A stretch of 64,000 bases of DNA, taken from an uncultured Gammaproteobacteria bacterium (GTDB lineage Bacteria; Patescibacteriota; Patescibacteriia; Magasanikbacterales; GWA2-37-8). The number at the start of each line of letters is the position of its first letter. Position 1 is the stretch's first letter. This document shows positions 1-8,791 of this stretch, piece after piece. The translations under genes were made by a program, and so were the position numbers. The stretch covers positions 13,999 to 77,998 of the forward strand of contig CAZEDL010000007.1 in assembly GCA_964510885.1 (NCBI GenBank), given 5' to 3'. The notes beneath the pieces were generated by a model that was not told where the DNA came from, did no database searches, and worked only from the letters and a program-made list of their open reading frames with translations.

Positions 1-232
1 GGTAATATTTTGATCGTTCGGTACCAAGGCCCGGCTCTAGTTCAGTAAGAGCCGGGGTGACCGGCTTCAAGAGTCCGACGGCTTCTAAATTCGCAATTTC
101 GCGGCGAACCGCATTCAATTGCACCTCTACAATTCGAGCCAACTCGCGTAGATAAAACGGCTTGTTCGGTTCACGAAAAAATATCTGTAATAATTTTAAA
201 CGAGTCTTTGAGCCAAAAAAGTGTTCGAGCAT
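1..232 (-). CDS. Winged helix-turn-helix transcriptional regulator, CPR type (runs off window edge)
   Basis: Manual translation from ATG at 232: MLEHFFGSKTRLKLLQIFFREPNKPFYLRELARIVEVQLNAVRREIANLEAVGLL, an ArsR-like wHTH pattern; absent from the ORF track because it is truncated. Confidence 0.8.
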   Translation of the reverse strand, partial: MLEHFFGSKTRLKLLQIFFREPNKPFYLRELARIVEVQLNAVRREIANLEAVGLLKPVTPALTELEPGLGTERSKYY

Positions 233-432
233 ACATTACTATACGGCAGGCCCACAACAAGCTGGATCCCGGCCTCCTTTTGTCTAAATGTAAGGATAAA
301 TGCGGTACTGCAAAGCGTAGACGTTTCTGAATATCTATAGTATACTATTCTAAAAAATCAAAGTCAAAATCAACTCTTGCGCTGGAATCACGCACTACCC
401 GTCTTGTATGCCAGCCTAATCCCCGCATCTCT

Positions 433-2733
433 ATGGAAGAAATCCTGCGTCTCAATGAATTTTTTGTGGAGGGAGGTCACCCAGATCTATCACATGTCTT
501 ACTACATATCACCGAACCAAGCACTCCCGAAGAAAAGGCCAAGGGATACTTTTTTGCAGTCTGCGAAATCAACCAGGGTAACAAAGACTTTCTACAGACC
601 ATCCAGAGCGTGATTACCGACATTGAAAATAATTATTACGAACTTAGCGACAAAGCGGGCTCAGACAGTTTAGAAACAATCCTTGAAGAGGTAAATCAAA
701 CCCTGCCGCCACGCCCGAATCTGCATTGCCTAATTGGCGTCATTCGCAACCAAGAAATAATTTTCAGCTTCACTGGCCGGCCACTAGCTCTGTTCTTCTA
801 TAAAAACCGCGACGGACAGTATCAAAAAATGGATCTGGTAAATAGCTCCGAACCAGGCGCCGATGCTGATAACCAATTATTCAGCCAGGTAGTACAAGGA
901 AAAATCAGTCCTGGTGACTATTTATGTATCGGCACACCCCAATTTGCCGACTACTTTAGCGCCGATCGGCTTCAGAAAATTATCACTACCCGCCCACCTC
1001 GCCAAAGCGCCGAACATTTGGAACGAGTACTCAAAGAACTCCGCAATCAATCTTCATTTGGCGGATTAATCATGCAACTATCACGGCAAGAAGCCACCAC
1101 ACCATTCACTCCGAGGCCCCGTCCGAAACGTGAAGATTCTGCCCATTCGCTAACCAGCTTCTTTAGTACCGAAAAAAATACCGCTGCCACCCTCACTGCT
1201 TCTTGGTGGCCGCAAATTCAAGAAAAAATTTCGACCCAGCTCAGAAAAATGAGCTCAGCACCAACCGGAACTACCACTCCCCGCCCCGAGCTGGCAGAAA
1301 AATCTCACCCCAAAGCCGAAATTAGCTCTTCGCATCTGCGCCCGTATGTTTCAACTGCCCACGGTCGAGACCAAACCCGCGGCCTAACCTTCAACACTGA
1401 TCTCGCCTGGCGCATTGCTGGTGTACTCTGGCAAATTATTCGCTGGATTGGCACCGTACTATTCGAACTAGTGCTTGTGCTCGGCTCGCTAGTTGCTAGT
1501 CTTGGAAAAAATTTGATTCTGCTTGGTTTTGTCATTATCAATTACCAAGGACGGCGCAAAAATATCATCGAAGACTGGGGCAAACAATATCAGAGTCTAC
1601 GCTCCAACCTCGCAGAATTACCGCTCATCACCAAAATTCTAACCCTCGGAGTTATCGTTATAATGCTCATCTTTGGCGGCAGCTTGTTCGTTCTAAGGGT
1701 GCATCAAAAAAAGGCAGCGGCGCTCGCCACCTATAACACTGATCTTAAAGCCGTATCTGATAAAATCGACAGTGCTAAAAGCACCCTCGTATATGGCGAC
1801 GAAATTCAAGCCTTACACATTACTAACGAAGCAGAAGCCCTGCTTAAAGCCTTACCCTGCACCGAAAAAGATACGAAAATTCGCTGCGACGCTTTTAATG
1901 CCGATCTAGAATCGATTCGAGTAAAAGTGCGAAAAATCACGCCGTTGTCCCCCGAACTTCTCACCACCTGGGCCCTGCCAGCCGGAGTCCGCCTCACCGG
2001 ACTACTTAAACTCAACAACCAATTCCTGGCCTACGCTCCGACGAACCCCGAGCTCTTCAGTCACGACATATCAACCGGTGAGACCAAAGCAATTAATCTT
2101 AATTACAACTTAAATGGAATTGCGATTGGGGCTATCCCTAAAGAAAACGATTACGGCCTCCTGCTCGCAACCAATGGAGATCTCTTGCGGTTCGAACCAG
2201 CTGACGGAACCGTAAAAAAACTAGACATTTCCTATCCTCATGACAACCCTACTATCTCCGGATTCACCATTTACAACCGTCGCCTCTATACTCTCGACAG
2301 TAACAACCGGCAAATTTACAAACATGACACCATGAAAACCGGATTCGGGCCAGGCAAAGACTGGTTGAAAGATCCGTCTGGAAGCTTACAGGGTGGATCT
2401 GATATCGCAATTGACGGAGACATCTGGACAATAAGCAACACCGGCGAGATTAATAAATTTGTCAGCGGCCTGCCGGAATCATTCGAAGTCCTCGGCCTCG
2501 ATCCAGCTCTCGGCGAGGGTACCCGACTTTACACCTATACTGACCTCAATTTCATCTACATTCTTGACGGCAAAAATAAACGTATTATTATCGCCGATAA
2601 AGCCGGTAAACTTAAAACACAGCTCGTAGCGAATGCCTTTGAAAATCCAAGTGATATGGTGATCGACGAAGCGGCGCGGGTCGGCTACGCCGTTGATGGC
2701 GCCAAATTATATAAATTCAGCTTACCTTTATAA
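433..2733 (+). CDS. Membrane protein with N-terminal PP2C-like domain, central TM segments and C-terminal beta-propeller (NHL-like)
   Basis: 766-aa ORF; hydrophobic stretches near aa 325-370 and 398-422; C-terminal repeats LYTLDSNNRQIYK and IYILDGKNKRIII. Confidence 0.7.
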   Translation: MEEILRLNEFFVEGGHPDLSHVLLHITEPSTPEEKAKGYFFAVCEINQGNKDFLQTIQSVITDIENNYYELSDKAGSDSLETILEEVNQTLPPRPNLHCLIGVIRNQEIIFSFTGRPLALFFYKNRDGQYQKMDLVNSSEPGADADNQLFSQVVQGKISPGDYLCIGTPQFADYFSADRLQKIITTRPPRQSAEHLERVLKELRNQSSFGGLIMQLSRQEATTPFTPRPRPKREDSAHSLTSFFSTEKNTAATLTASWWPQIQEKISTQLRKMSSAPTGTTTPRPELAEKSHPKAEISSSHLRPYVSTAHGRDQTRGLTFNTDLAWRIAGVLWQIIRWIGTVLFELVLVLGSLVASLGKNLILLGFVIINYQGRRKNIIEDWGKQYQSLRSNLAELPLITKILTLGVIVIMLIFGGSLFVLRVHQKKAAALATYNTDLKAVSDKIDSAKSTLVYGDEIQALHITNEAEALLKALPCTEKDTKIRCDAFNADLESIRVKVRKITPLSPELLTTWALPAGVRLTGLLKLNNQFLAYAPTNPELFSHDISTGETKAINLNYNLNGIAIGAIPKENDYGLLLATNGDLLRFEPADGTVKKLDISYPHDNPTISGFTIYNRRLYTLDSNNRQIYKHDTMKTGFGPGKDWLKDPSGSLQGGSDIAIDGDIWTISNTGEINKFVSGLPESFEVLGLDPALGEGTRLYTYTDLNFIYILDGKNKRIIIADKAGKLKTQLVANAFENPSDMVIDEAARVGYAVDGAKLYKFSLPL

Positions 2734-2747
2734 TCAGCAAATAAATA

Positions 2748-2780
2748 TAAAAACTCCCCGTCAGTAACGGGGAGTTTTTT
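2748..2780. terminator. Bidirectional intrinsic terminator
   Basis: AAAAACTCCCCGT-CAGTA-ACGGGGAGTTTTTT between convergent genes. Confidence 0.85.
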
Positions 2781-2792
2781 GATTTCGAAGCC

Positions 2793-3173
2793 TTATTTAA
2801 GAACTACCTTACCACCAGCTTCTTCGATCTTTTTCTTCATCGCTTCGGCGTCTTCTTTCTTAACGCCTTCTTTTACCATCTTCGGAGCACCGTCTACCAG
2901 GGCTTTGGCATCAGCCAAACCAAGGCCGGTGATTTCTTTTACCACTTTGATCACATTGATCTTGTTAGCACCAGCATCGGTGAGCTCAACGTTGAATTCA
3001 GTTTTTTCTTCAGCCGGAGCGCCAGCAGCACCGCCAGCTGGAGCAGCCATCATCATGGCTGGAGCAGCCGCCGAGACGCCGAATTTTTCTTCCATGGCTT
3101 TAACGAGTTCAGCTAATTCCAAGACGGACAGCTGTTCTACATCGGTAATGATTTTCTGTAATTTGTCGTTCAT
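2793..3173 (-). CDS. rplL: 50S ribosomal protein L7/L12
   Basis: [23 protein letters not shown]; [10 protein letters not shown]; [20 protein letters not shown]. Confidence 0.98.
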   Translation of the reverse strand: MNDKLQKIITDVEQLSVLELAELVKAMEEKFGVSAAAPAMMMAAPAGGAAGAPAEEKTEFNVELTDAGANKINVIKVVKEITGLGLADAKALVDGAPKMVKEGVKKEDAEAMKKKIEEAGGKVVLK

Positions 3174-3194
3174 AAATATAATAATAAATGGTTA

Positions 3195-3722
3195 TTAAGC
3201 CGCCTTTTTCTCTTTATAGGCGTTAAGAACATTGTAGAGACTGCGGACAATACCGGCATTGGCCATAACGAATCCGGAAATCGGAGCGTTGAGGGTGCCA
3301 ACAAGTTGTCCAAGCAACTGCTGTTTGGTCGGCAGAGCCGCCAAACTTTTTACACTAGCAGTAGGAATGAATTTATTTTCCAAAATACCACCGAAAATCG
3401 TTACGATCTCGTGAGTTTTGGCAAAATCATTAACTACTTTAGCAGCAGCGACTTCGTCCTGCATACCAAGAAAAGTAGCCACGCCACCCTGAAAGGTGTC
3501 AGTAGCCACATCTTTGATACCAGCTGCTTCAAGCGCTTTTTTAACGAGCGTCTTTTTGGCAGCAATCACCTCGACACCAGCGGTGCGAGCATTTTTGCGC
3601 AGCTCTTCACTTTGGGCGACCGTTAAGCCTTGAAAGTTGGCAAAGACAACCGCTTTCGCTGCTGCCAAGCTTTTGTGGAGCGCCCCGACTTCACCCTGTT
3701 TTTGTACTTTTGATTTAGGCAT
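3195..3722 (-). CDS. rplJ: 50S ribosomal protein L10
   Basis: FQGLTVAQSEELRK, KKTLVKKAL, LAALPTKQQLLGQLVG; start placed at MPKSK (3722) rather than 3779. Confidence 0.95.
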   Translation of the reverse strand: MPKSKVQKQGEVGALHKSLAAAKAVVFANFQGLTVAQSEELRKNARTAGVEVIAAKKTLVKKALEAAGIKDVATDTFQGGVATFLGMQDEVAAAKVVNDFAKTHEIVTIFGGILENKFIPTASVKSLAALPTKQQLLGQLVGTLNAPISGFVMANAGIVRSLYNVLNAYKEKKAA

Positions 3723-3737
3723 ACAAAATAAAAAATC

Positions 3738-3862
3738 TGTGCTTCCACAGACTTGAACATATCGGTAAATCTCGACCAAAAAACGGCTAATGTTAGCGGT
3801 TTTAGATTACCTCGGCAGGATAATTAACCGGATGTTGCACCGGCCCTGCTGTCTATGGTGAA
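3738..3862 (-). promoter_or_regulatory. L10 leader autoregulatory RNA
   Basis: Minus strand reads CCATAGACAGCAGG...TTAATTATCCTGCCGAGGT, the L10-leader core, directly upstream of rplJ. Confidence 0.8.
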
Positions 3863-3865
3863 ATG

Positions 3866-3894
3866 AGTATAGACTAATTTTAAAAACCTGTCAA
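3866..3894 (-). promoter_or_regulatory. Sigma70 promoter for rplJL
   Basis: TTGACA-17 nt-TATACT on the minus strand. Confidence 0.8.
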
Positions 3895-3912
3895 CCGAGG
3901 GCTTCGCGCATC

Positions 3913-4593
3913 TTAGCTGATAACCGTTCCCCGGCACACTTTACCCTGAATAACCTTCTTCACATCTTCAAGATTCGTTCCCTTAACAAATGACACTTTA
4001 AGTTTTAGTTTCTGAGCCAGCTTCGCCGCCACTGGATCAAACGGGACATTCGCCCCCGGCGTCCACTTATCCCCAATAATATCGCGTAATTCTGCCCAAG
4101 ATACCCGTTCTAATTTGGTAGCATTCGGATTAGTGCGCGGATCAGCCGTATACACATAATCAATATTTGATAAATTGATTACTTCTTTAGCCTTGAAAGT
4201 TTTAGCCAAAAATACCGCGTCCGTGTCCGTAGAGCATCCCGGCTCATACCCCGCTGCGACAATGATCGGCTTAGTCGTACTAATTTTTTTATGCGGATTC
4301 AAGACTACTTCTTTGTAGGCCTTATCACCAAACATAAGTCGAACTAACTGAGCATTGAGCCGAGTCGTATGAATACCGATCCAGTCCAGAATATCATGAC
4401 TCGGATTAATTACATCCTTCAGTACGCCCTGATACGACCGAGCCGTACCTCCCCCACCAATAATCAATAAAAATTTCTGGCCGCGCACTACTTCTTCTAG
4501 AATCAACCGACGAAACTGTTTTAAAAAGTCCGCTTGAAATCCGCTCTGAGGAATAACAATCGATCCGCCGACAGACATTATTTTATAGGCCAT
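3913..4593 (-). CDS. pyrH: UMP kinase, archaeal type
   Basis: SVGGS, IIGGGGTARSYQ, DWIGIHTTRLNA, PGCSTDTDA, VYTADP, PFDPVA motifs. Confidence 0.92.
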   Translation of the reverse strand: MAYKIMSVGGSIVIPQSGFQADFLKQFRRLILEEVVRGQKFLLIIGGGGTARSYQGVLKDVINPSHDILDWIGIHTTRLNAQLVRLMFGDKAYKEVVLNPHKKISTTKPIIVAAGYEPGCSTDTDAVFLAKTFKAKEVINLSNIDYVYTADPRTNPNATKLERVSWAELRDIIGDKWTPGANVPFDPVAAKLAQKLKLKVSFVKGTNLEDVKKVIQGKVCRGTVIS

Positions 4594-4792
4594 ATACAGA
4601 ATAATAAGTATACCAATTAAGGTGTAGATTAATGCGATCCATCAAAGAATCGATCGTAGCACGCCGCCCGTCTTTGTTCAACTTAGTATTCGGACGCTGC
4701 TTAAAGGCTTCAGGCTGACCAGCAAGCCATCGGCTGGGCGTCCGATAGGCAACTTTTCCCCGTTGTGCCCGGCGATTGCCATAGCCTTTCAT
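4583..4792 (-). CDS. Small basic hypothetical protein
   Basis: 69-aa ORF that fills the gap between the holin-family gene and pyrH (8-nt gap, 11-nt overlap); no recognisable motif. Confidence 0.4.
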   Translation of the reverse strand: MKGYGNRRAQRGKVAYRTPSRWLAGQPEAFKQRPNTKLNKDGRRATIDSLMDRINLHLNWYTYYSVYGL

Positions 4793-4800
4793 ATATTACC

Positions 4801-5139
4801 TTACTTCTTAAGTAGCCACCCAGTGAACCACCCGATCACCGACATAGCAAGCGACCCGAAGAGCGCCGGTACAAACCCCTCCACCGTAAATCCTTTTACA
4901 ATCGTCGATACAAGCCAAAATAATCCGGCGTTGATAATAAAACTAAATAACCCCAAAGTCAGCAAATTTACTGGCAAGGTGAGCAACACAATCACCGGTC
5001 GCAAAATCGCATTGATAAGCCCAAGCACAATCGCCGCCACAATCGCAGCATACAAACTATCTACCCCAAAGCCAGGCAGATAATAAGCGATCAAAAGCAG
5101 CGCCCCAGCGTTAATAAGTAACCGCAATAAAAATTTCAT
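4801..5139 (-). CDS. YvlD/DUF360 ('phage holin family') membrane protein
   Basis: VLGLINAILRPVIVLLTLPVNLLTLGLFSFIINA signature; 4 TM segments. Confidence 0.9.
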   Translation of the reverse strand: MKFLLRLLINAGALLLIAYYLPGFGVDSLYAAIVAAIVLGLINAILRPVIVLLTLPVNLLTLGLFSFIINAGLFWLVSTIVKGFTVEGFVPALFGSLAMSVIGWFTGWLLKK

Positions 5140-5151
5140 ATCGTAATCATG

Positions 5152-5757
5152 TTACACACCGATCAGCAGGCGGAACAACCCATCAATAATCGGCGAGAGT
5201 AAATTGAATAAAAATAAGATAAAAATAATCACCAGCCAGGTACCATACCGATCCAAGAAATGCTTGATACCCTCTGCCTGGGCTGGCAGGAGCGCATACA
5301 AAACTTTCGACCCATCAAGCGGCGGCAGCGGCACCAAATTAAACACCATCAGCATCAGATTAGCATACACCACTTGAGCCAAAAATGGAGCCGCGGTGGT
5401 CGAGGGGAAAAGTCGCACCACTACTGCGAACATCGCCGCCAGGGCAAAATTAGCGAGCGGCCCGGCGATCCCAACGAGAGCCGGCCCCCATTTTTGATCG
5501 CGCAAATTATAGGGGTTATATGGCACGGGTTTCGCATATGCAAATACAAACCGCCCACCAGTCGCCACAAATAAAAATAGCGGCATAGCAATCGTACCAA
5601 TTGGATCAATATGCGCACGCGGATCAAGCGTCAAACGACCTGCATAGCGGGCTGTGGAGTCGCCAAGATACTCTGCCATCGCACCATGAGCATATTCATG
5701 CAAAATACTCGACGGCACAATAATTAAAAAATAGAATAGTAAGGCCAGAATATCCAT
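5152..5757 (-). CDS. Site-2 protease family (peptidase M50)
   Basis: HEYAH zinc motif, GRLTLDP, AGPLAN, FNLVPLPPLDGSK. Confidence 0.93.
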   Translation of the reverse strand: MDILALLFYFLIIVPSSILHEYAHGAMAEYLGDSTARYAGRLTLDPRAHIDPIGTIAMPLFLFVATGGRFVFAYAKPVPYNPYNLRDQKWGPALVGIAGPLANFALAAMFAVVVRLFPSTTAAPFLAQVVYANLMLMVFNLVPLPPLDGSKVLYALLPAQAEGIKHFLDRYGTWLVIIFILFLFNLLSPIIDGLFRLLIGV

Positions 5758-5968
5758 AACAGAAATACGTAAGCAAAATACGAATTAAAGTCGTATTTGG
5801 GAATAAATGAGGGTATACCTAGAGGTATATTGACAAAAACCTAGACCTAGCGTATCCTTATGAGCACTTACTATACCGTAACAAGCGGAAATGGGCAATG
5901 GAACTCTATTAGTCTCAGGCCCAACCACAAACTACTAATCCGCCAATTGGCGGACTAAATCACTCACT

Positions 5969-6139
5969 ATGAGCCGTACCTGCGCCCTCTGTGGCAAGCA
6001 AGCTGTCCGTGCCAATCACGTCAGCCATTCCAACCGCAAAGTGCCACGCCGCCAGAAGCCGAATTTACAGCTTCTGACCATTGCCGGACAGACTGTAAAA
6101 ACCTGCTCCAGCTGCCGCCGCACCTTAGCTAAAGCCTAA
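5969..6139 (+). CDS. rpmB: 50S ribosomal protein L28 (zinc-ribbon form)
   Basis: Manual translation MSRTCALCGKQAVRANHVSHSNRKVPRRQKPNLQ...TCSSCRRTLAKA (56 aa, below the ORF-track cutoff). Confidence 0.95.
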   Translation: MSRTCALCGKQAVRANHVSHSNRKVPRRQKPNLQLLTIAGQTVKTCSSCRRTLAKA

Positions 6140-6147
6140 TAAAATAA

Positions 6148-6182
6148 AACAAAAAACTCCGATCATTCGGAGTTTTTTGTTT
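6148..6182. terminator. Bidirectional intrinsic terminator
   Basis: AAAAAACTCCGA-TCAT-TCGGAGTTTTTT. Confidence 0.85.
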
Positions 6183-6312
6183 AGCGCGGTGAGCGGCTTA
6201 ACATGTTCCTTGACGCTAGGTGGTAGACCGCACCAGTGGCCCACGGGCCGCTGAAATATAGGTGAACCTAAGGAAAATGTTGTAGAACAATATTCGCCAC
6301 TCAGCACCAAAC
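6179..6312 (-). ncRNA. Structured rod-like ncRNA, 6S RNA-like candidate
   Basis: Own promoter and terminator; 5' GUUUGGUGCUGAGUGGC pairs with 3' GCCGCUCA(CC)GCGCUAAAC; nested inner helices and an internal bubble. Confidence 0.6.
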
Positions 6313-6318
6313 GAAGAT

Positions 6319-6348
6319 ACTATAGCAAAAATTTTTGAGGGTTGTCAA
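6319..6348 (-). promoter_or_regulatory. Sigma70 promoter for the ncRNA
   Basis: TTGACA-18 nt-TATAGT with extended -10 TG; predicted start about 6312. Confidence 0.75.
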
Positions 6349-6350
6349 AA

Positions 6351-6929
6351 TTAGTCGGTTAAGCGCTTGTAATTGAAGATAACCTCACGACCGCCGAACC
6401 AATGATTAATTTCGTGTTTGGCTTCTTCCGGCGTTTCCGAGGCGTGGATCAGATTCATCACCGCACGTTTTTCAGTGTTGGCGACAGCCGGTGAATCAGC
6501 AGAATAATCGCCGCGGATCGTGCCCATATCAGCCAAGAACGGCAGGGTAGCACCACAAATTTTGCGCACCATATCTACCGCATGTACCCCTTCTACCACC
6601 ATACGCACGAGCGGTGCCGACACCATATAATCAACCAGCCATTTGCGCACCATTTTACCGATCTCAAGATCGTCAGCGGTGCCAAGTTCATCCACTGCTT
6701 TGAGGCCATATTTTTCGTAGGTCGACAACGTTTTTTGACCCACCCGGCGCATCCAAGCTTCATCTTTCGGGTAATGGTTATCAATCTGGTCGGTAGTTGG
6801 CTGGAACATTTCAAGAGCCACGATTTTAAGATCGCGACGTTCAAACCGGGCAATGATCTCGCCAATTAATCCTTTTTGCACGCCGTCAGGTTTAATCATG
6901 ACGTACGTTTGTTCTTTTTTGAAATTCAT
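6351..6929 (-). CDS. ndk: Nucleoside diphosphate kinase (long form)
   Basis: TYVMIKPDGV, GTIRGDY, NLIHASE motifs. Confidence 0.96.
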   Translation of the reverse strand: MNFKKEQTYVMIKPDGVQKGLIGEIIARFERRDLKIVALEMFQPTTDQIDNHYPKDEAWMRRVGQKTLSTYEKYGLKAVDELGTADDLEIGKMVRKWLVDYMVSAPLVRMVVEGVHAVDMVRKICGATLPFLADMGTIRGDYSADSPAVANTEKRAVMNLIHASETPEEAKHEINHWFGGREVIFNYKRLTD

Positions 6930-7012
6930 ACGTGTGTGAGAAGTAAAATCCCTAAAACAAGGAAATAATCTATCTTAAAGTACCCCGAATATACCGAATA
7001 AATCGAAATTTG

Positions 7013-7375
7013 TCAATGGATCACTACAAACCGGAGCTGTGCCGTTTTTTGCCTAGCATCAGGAGTCACAAGTAGTGAGGCAAGCAATATTCCAACCTCG
7101 CCGATACTTCGTTCGAAACAATATCGTTTGATAGTCTTTTGTAACTTACGGATTTTCTGCCTCGTGACCGCAAGATCCGTAGCCAACTCACCTAAACGAC
7201 GGGTCTTTACTTCAATAAAGTAATAATCCTCGCCATGTTTGGCCACAATGTCGATCTCTCCGACCGGGCTATAGTAATTGCGCTCGATAACCATGAATCC
7301 GCGCTGAGTCAACCACCGACACGCCACGGCTTCGCCCCATCGCCCCAGGCGTCGGGTATAGGTATCAGGTTTAAT
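7013..7375 (-). CDS. YraN/UPF0102 family nuclease-like protein; possible ATT start at 7375
   Basis: ERNY..GEIDIVA..FIEVKTR motif; family N-terminal segment RRLGRWGEAVA lies upstream of the GTG at 7327. Confidence 0.85.
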   Translation of the reverse strand: MKPDTYTRRLGRWGEAVACRWLTQRGFMVIERNYYSPVGEIDIVAKHGEDYYFIEVKTRRLGELATDLAVTRQKIRKLQKTIKRYCFERSIGEVGILLASLLVTPDARQKTAQLRFVVIH

Positions 7376-7401
7376 AGCAGGAGTTTGAAGAGGCGTACCG
7401 T

Positions 7402-7815
7402 TTAACGTTTAGGCTTCGGCAAGTAGCGCTCGCGGCGAGCCTTGAGGGCCTGCTCAGCTTTGATAGTCGGGAGCCGCTGCCGAGTATAGCGAATAATAGT
7501 AACTAACCAATATGCAAATACCCCGGCGGCAGGAAGAATCCAAAATCGCCACGCCAAAACCGGAATAATCTGTTGGCGGAGCCACAGCCAAATCACCCCA
7601 CATATACCCGCTGTCAGAGCGAGCGTTCCGTAGCGGCGCAGCAGTTCTTTTTTAGGAACCTCCGTTTCATAATACCGCCAGACAAACACCACCACTCCCG
7701 CCAAGACGAGCCCTAACACCACGGCCCATAAGGCGGTAGCCAGCCATCCCCGCGCAATATACGGTTGGCTGAACCAATAATCAAGTTTAAATAGATTTGT
7801 AATATTCATACTCAA
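7402..7815 (-). CDS. Hypothetical membrane protein (3 TM)
   Basis: 137 aa, hydrophobic segments, basic C-terminus ending RYLPKPKR. Confidence 0.75.
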   Translation of the reverse strand: MSMNITNLFKLDYWFSQPYIARGWLATALWAVVLGLVLAGVVVFVWRYYETEVPKKELLRRYGTLALTAGICGVIWLWLRQQIIPVLAWRFWILPAAGVFAYWLVTIIRYTRQRLPTIKAEQALKARRERYLPKPKR

Positions 7816-7828
7816 AAATTAACAGTAA

Positions 7829-8374
7829 TTAACCTTTACGGAGAATAGCATAATAATGATAATCCCCTGCCGGTTCCTGGCCAGTAACCGTGAGTGCTCC
7901 TGGTACAAGGCCAGACAATGTCTCCGGGAGCACCAACCGATCAGGCGTCGGACCAACCGCTCCAAGATTCCGAGTCCACTCTACCACGACTACAAATCCA
8001 CCAGGCTTAATCAAACGCGCCGCCTCAGCCAGTGTTTCTTTCTGACCAGTGATGCGCGACAGAACATTTACAAAAAATACCCCGTCGAGCGTCCCTTCCG
8101 GAATCGCCGTTTTGCCCGAGAGTTCAATATCCGACCAAATCGTATGAATATTATCATACCCCTCGGCTCGGATACGGCCGCGGATATATTCTAACACCTC
8201 TTTCAAAATGTCAACTGCATATACGATCCCATTCTCTCCTACCAGTCGTGACAATGAAAAGATAAAATGTCCTGTCCGTCCACACCCAAAATCAGCCACA
8301 TGCATCCCGGGGCTAATTCCGGCTTTAATAAAAATTGCCTGCGGATCGACTAAGGCTACACCAGCATGACTCAT
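7829..8374 (-). CDS. Class I SAM-dependent methyltransferase
   Basis: VADFGCGRTG, VYAVDI, RLIKPGG. Confidence 0.9.
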   Translation of the reverse strand: MSHAGVALVDPQAIFIKAGISPGMHVADFGCGRTGHFIFSLSRLVGENGIVYAVDILKEVLEYIRGRIRAEGYDNIHTIWSDIELSGKTAIPEGTLDGVFFVNVLSRITGQKETLAEAARLIKPGGFVVVVEWTRNLGAVGPTPDRLVLPETLSGLVPGALTVTGQEPAGDYHYYAILRKG

Positions 8375-8380
8375 AGCTAG

Positions 8381-8626
8381 CTACGAAGGAATCAAAAATC
8401 GGCCTACTGTGCCCTCCAAAAATCCGCCGAATAAATTAGTAATCACTAAAAATCCGATAAAAATAAAAGCCAAACCGATCAATTTATACATCAGGCGGCT
8501 GCCGCCGCTCGTGCCAAGATGCTCCTCAGCCCAGCTGATTGAACCAAAATTTTCAAAAAACCATTCGCTTTTTATAACGAGCAATACTCCTATCAGAGCC
8601 ACCACGAGCCCAATAATATAATGCAT
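8381..8626 (-). CDS. Small two-TM membrane protein
   Basis: FGSISWAEEHLG..GGSRLMYKLIG between two hydrophobic helices. Confidence 0.75.
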   Translation of the reverse strand: MHYIIGLVVALIGVLLVIKSEWFFENFGSISWAEEHLGTSGGSRLMYKLIGLAFIFIGFLVITNLFGGFLEGTVGRFLIPS

Positions 8627-8694
8627 ACGAAGAAGCTTTAGGTTTAAAACAAAGACAGTATACCATTGTCTTGTTTTCTTGCCTAAAATCTGTG

Positions 8695-8778
8695 TGCCGG
8701 AGAGAGGACTCGAACCTCCATGGTCTTGCGACCGCTACCACCTCAAAGTAGTGCGTCTACCAATTTCGCCACCCCGGC
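8695..8778 (-). tRNA. tRNA-Leu(GAG)
   Basis: GCCGGGGTGGCGAAATTGGTAGACGCA-CTACT-TTGAGGT-GGTAG, long variable arm, GGAGGTTCGAGTCCTCTCTCCGGCA; CCA not encoded. Confidence 0.95.
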
Positions 8779-8791
8779 TAATACTATACCT

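Noticed and set aside
4801-5139. Prophage suggested by a 'phage holin family' gene
   Set aside because: YvlD/DUF360 is a common chromosomal membrane protein and no phage genes are nearby
5939-5954. Perfect palindrome TCCGCCAATTGGCGGA before rpmB
   Set aside because: Single short copy in the window; no function can be supported
6125-6310. 61-aa minus-strand ORF
   Set aside because: Runs through a terminator, has no recognisable motif and coincides with a strongly base-paired RNA-like structure
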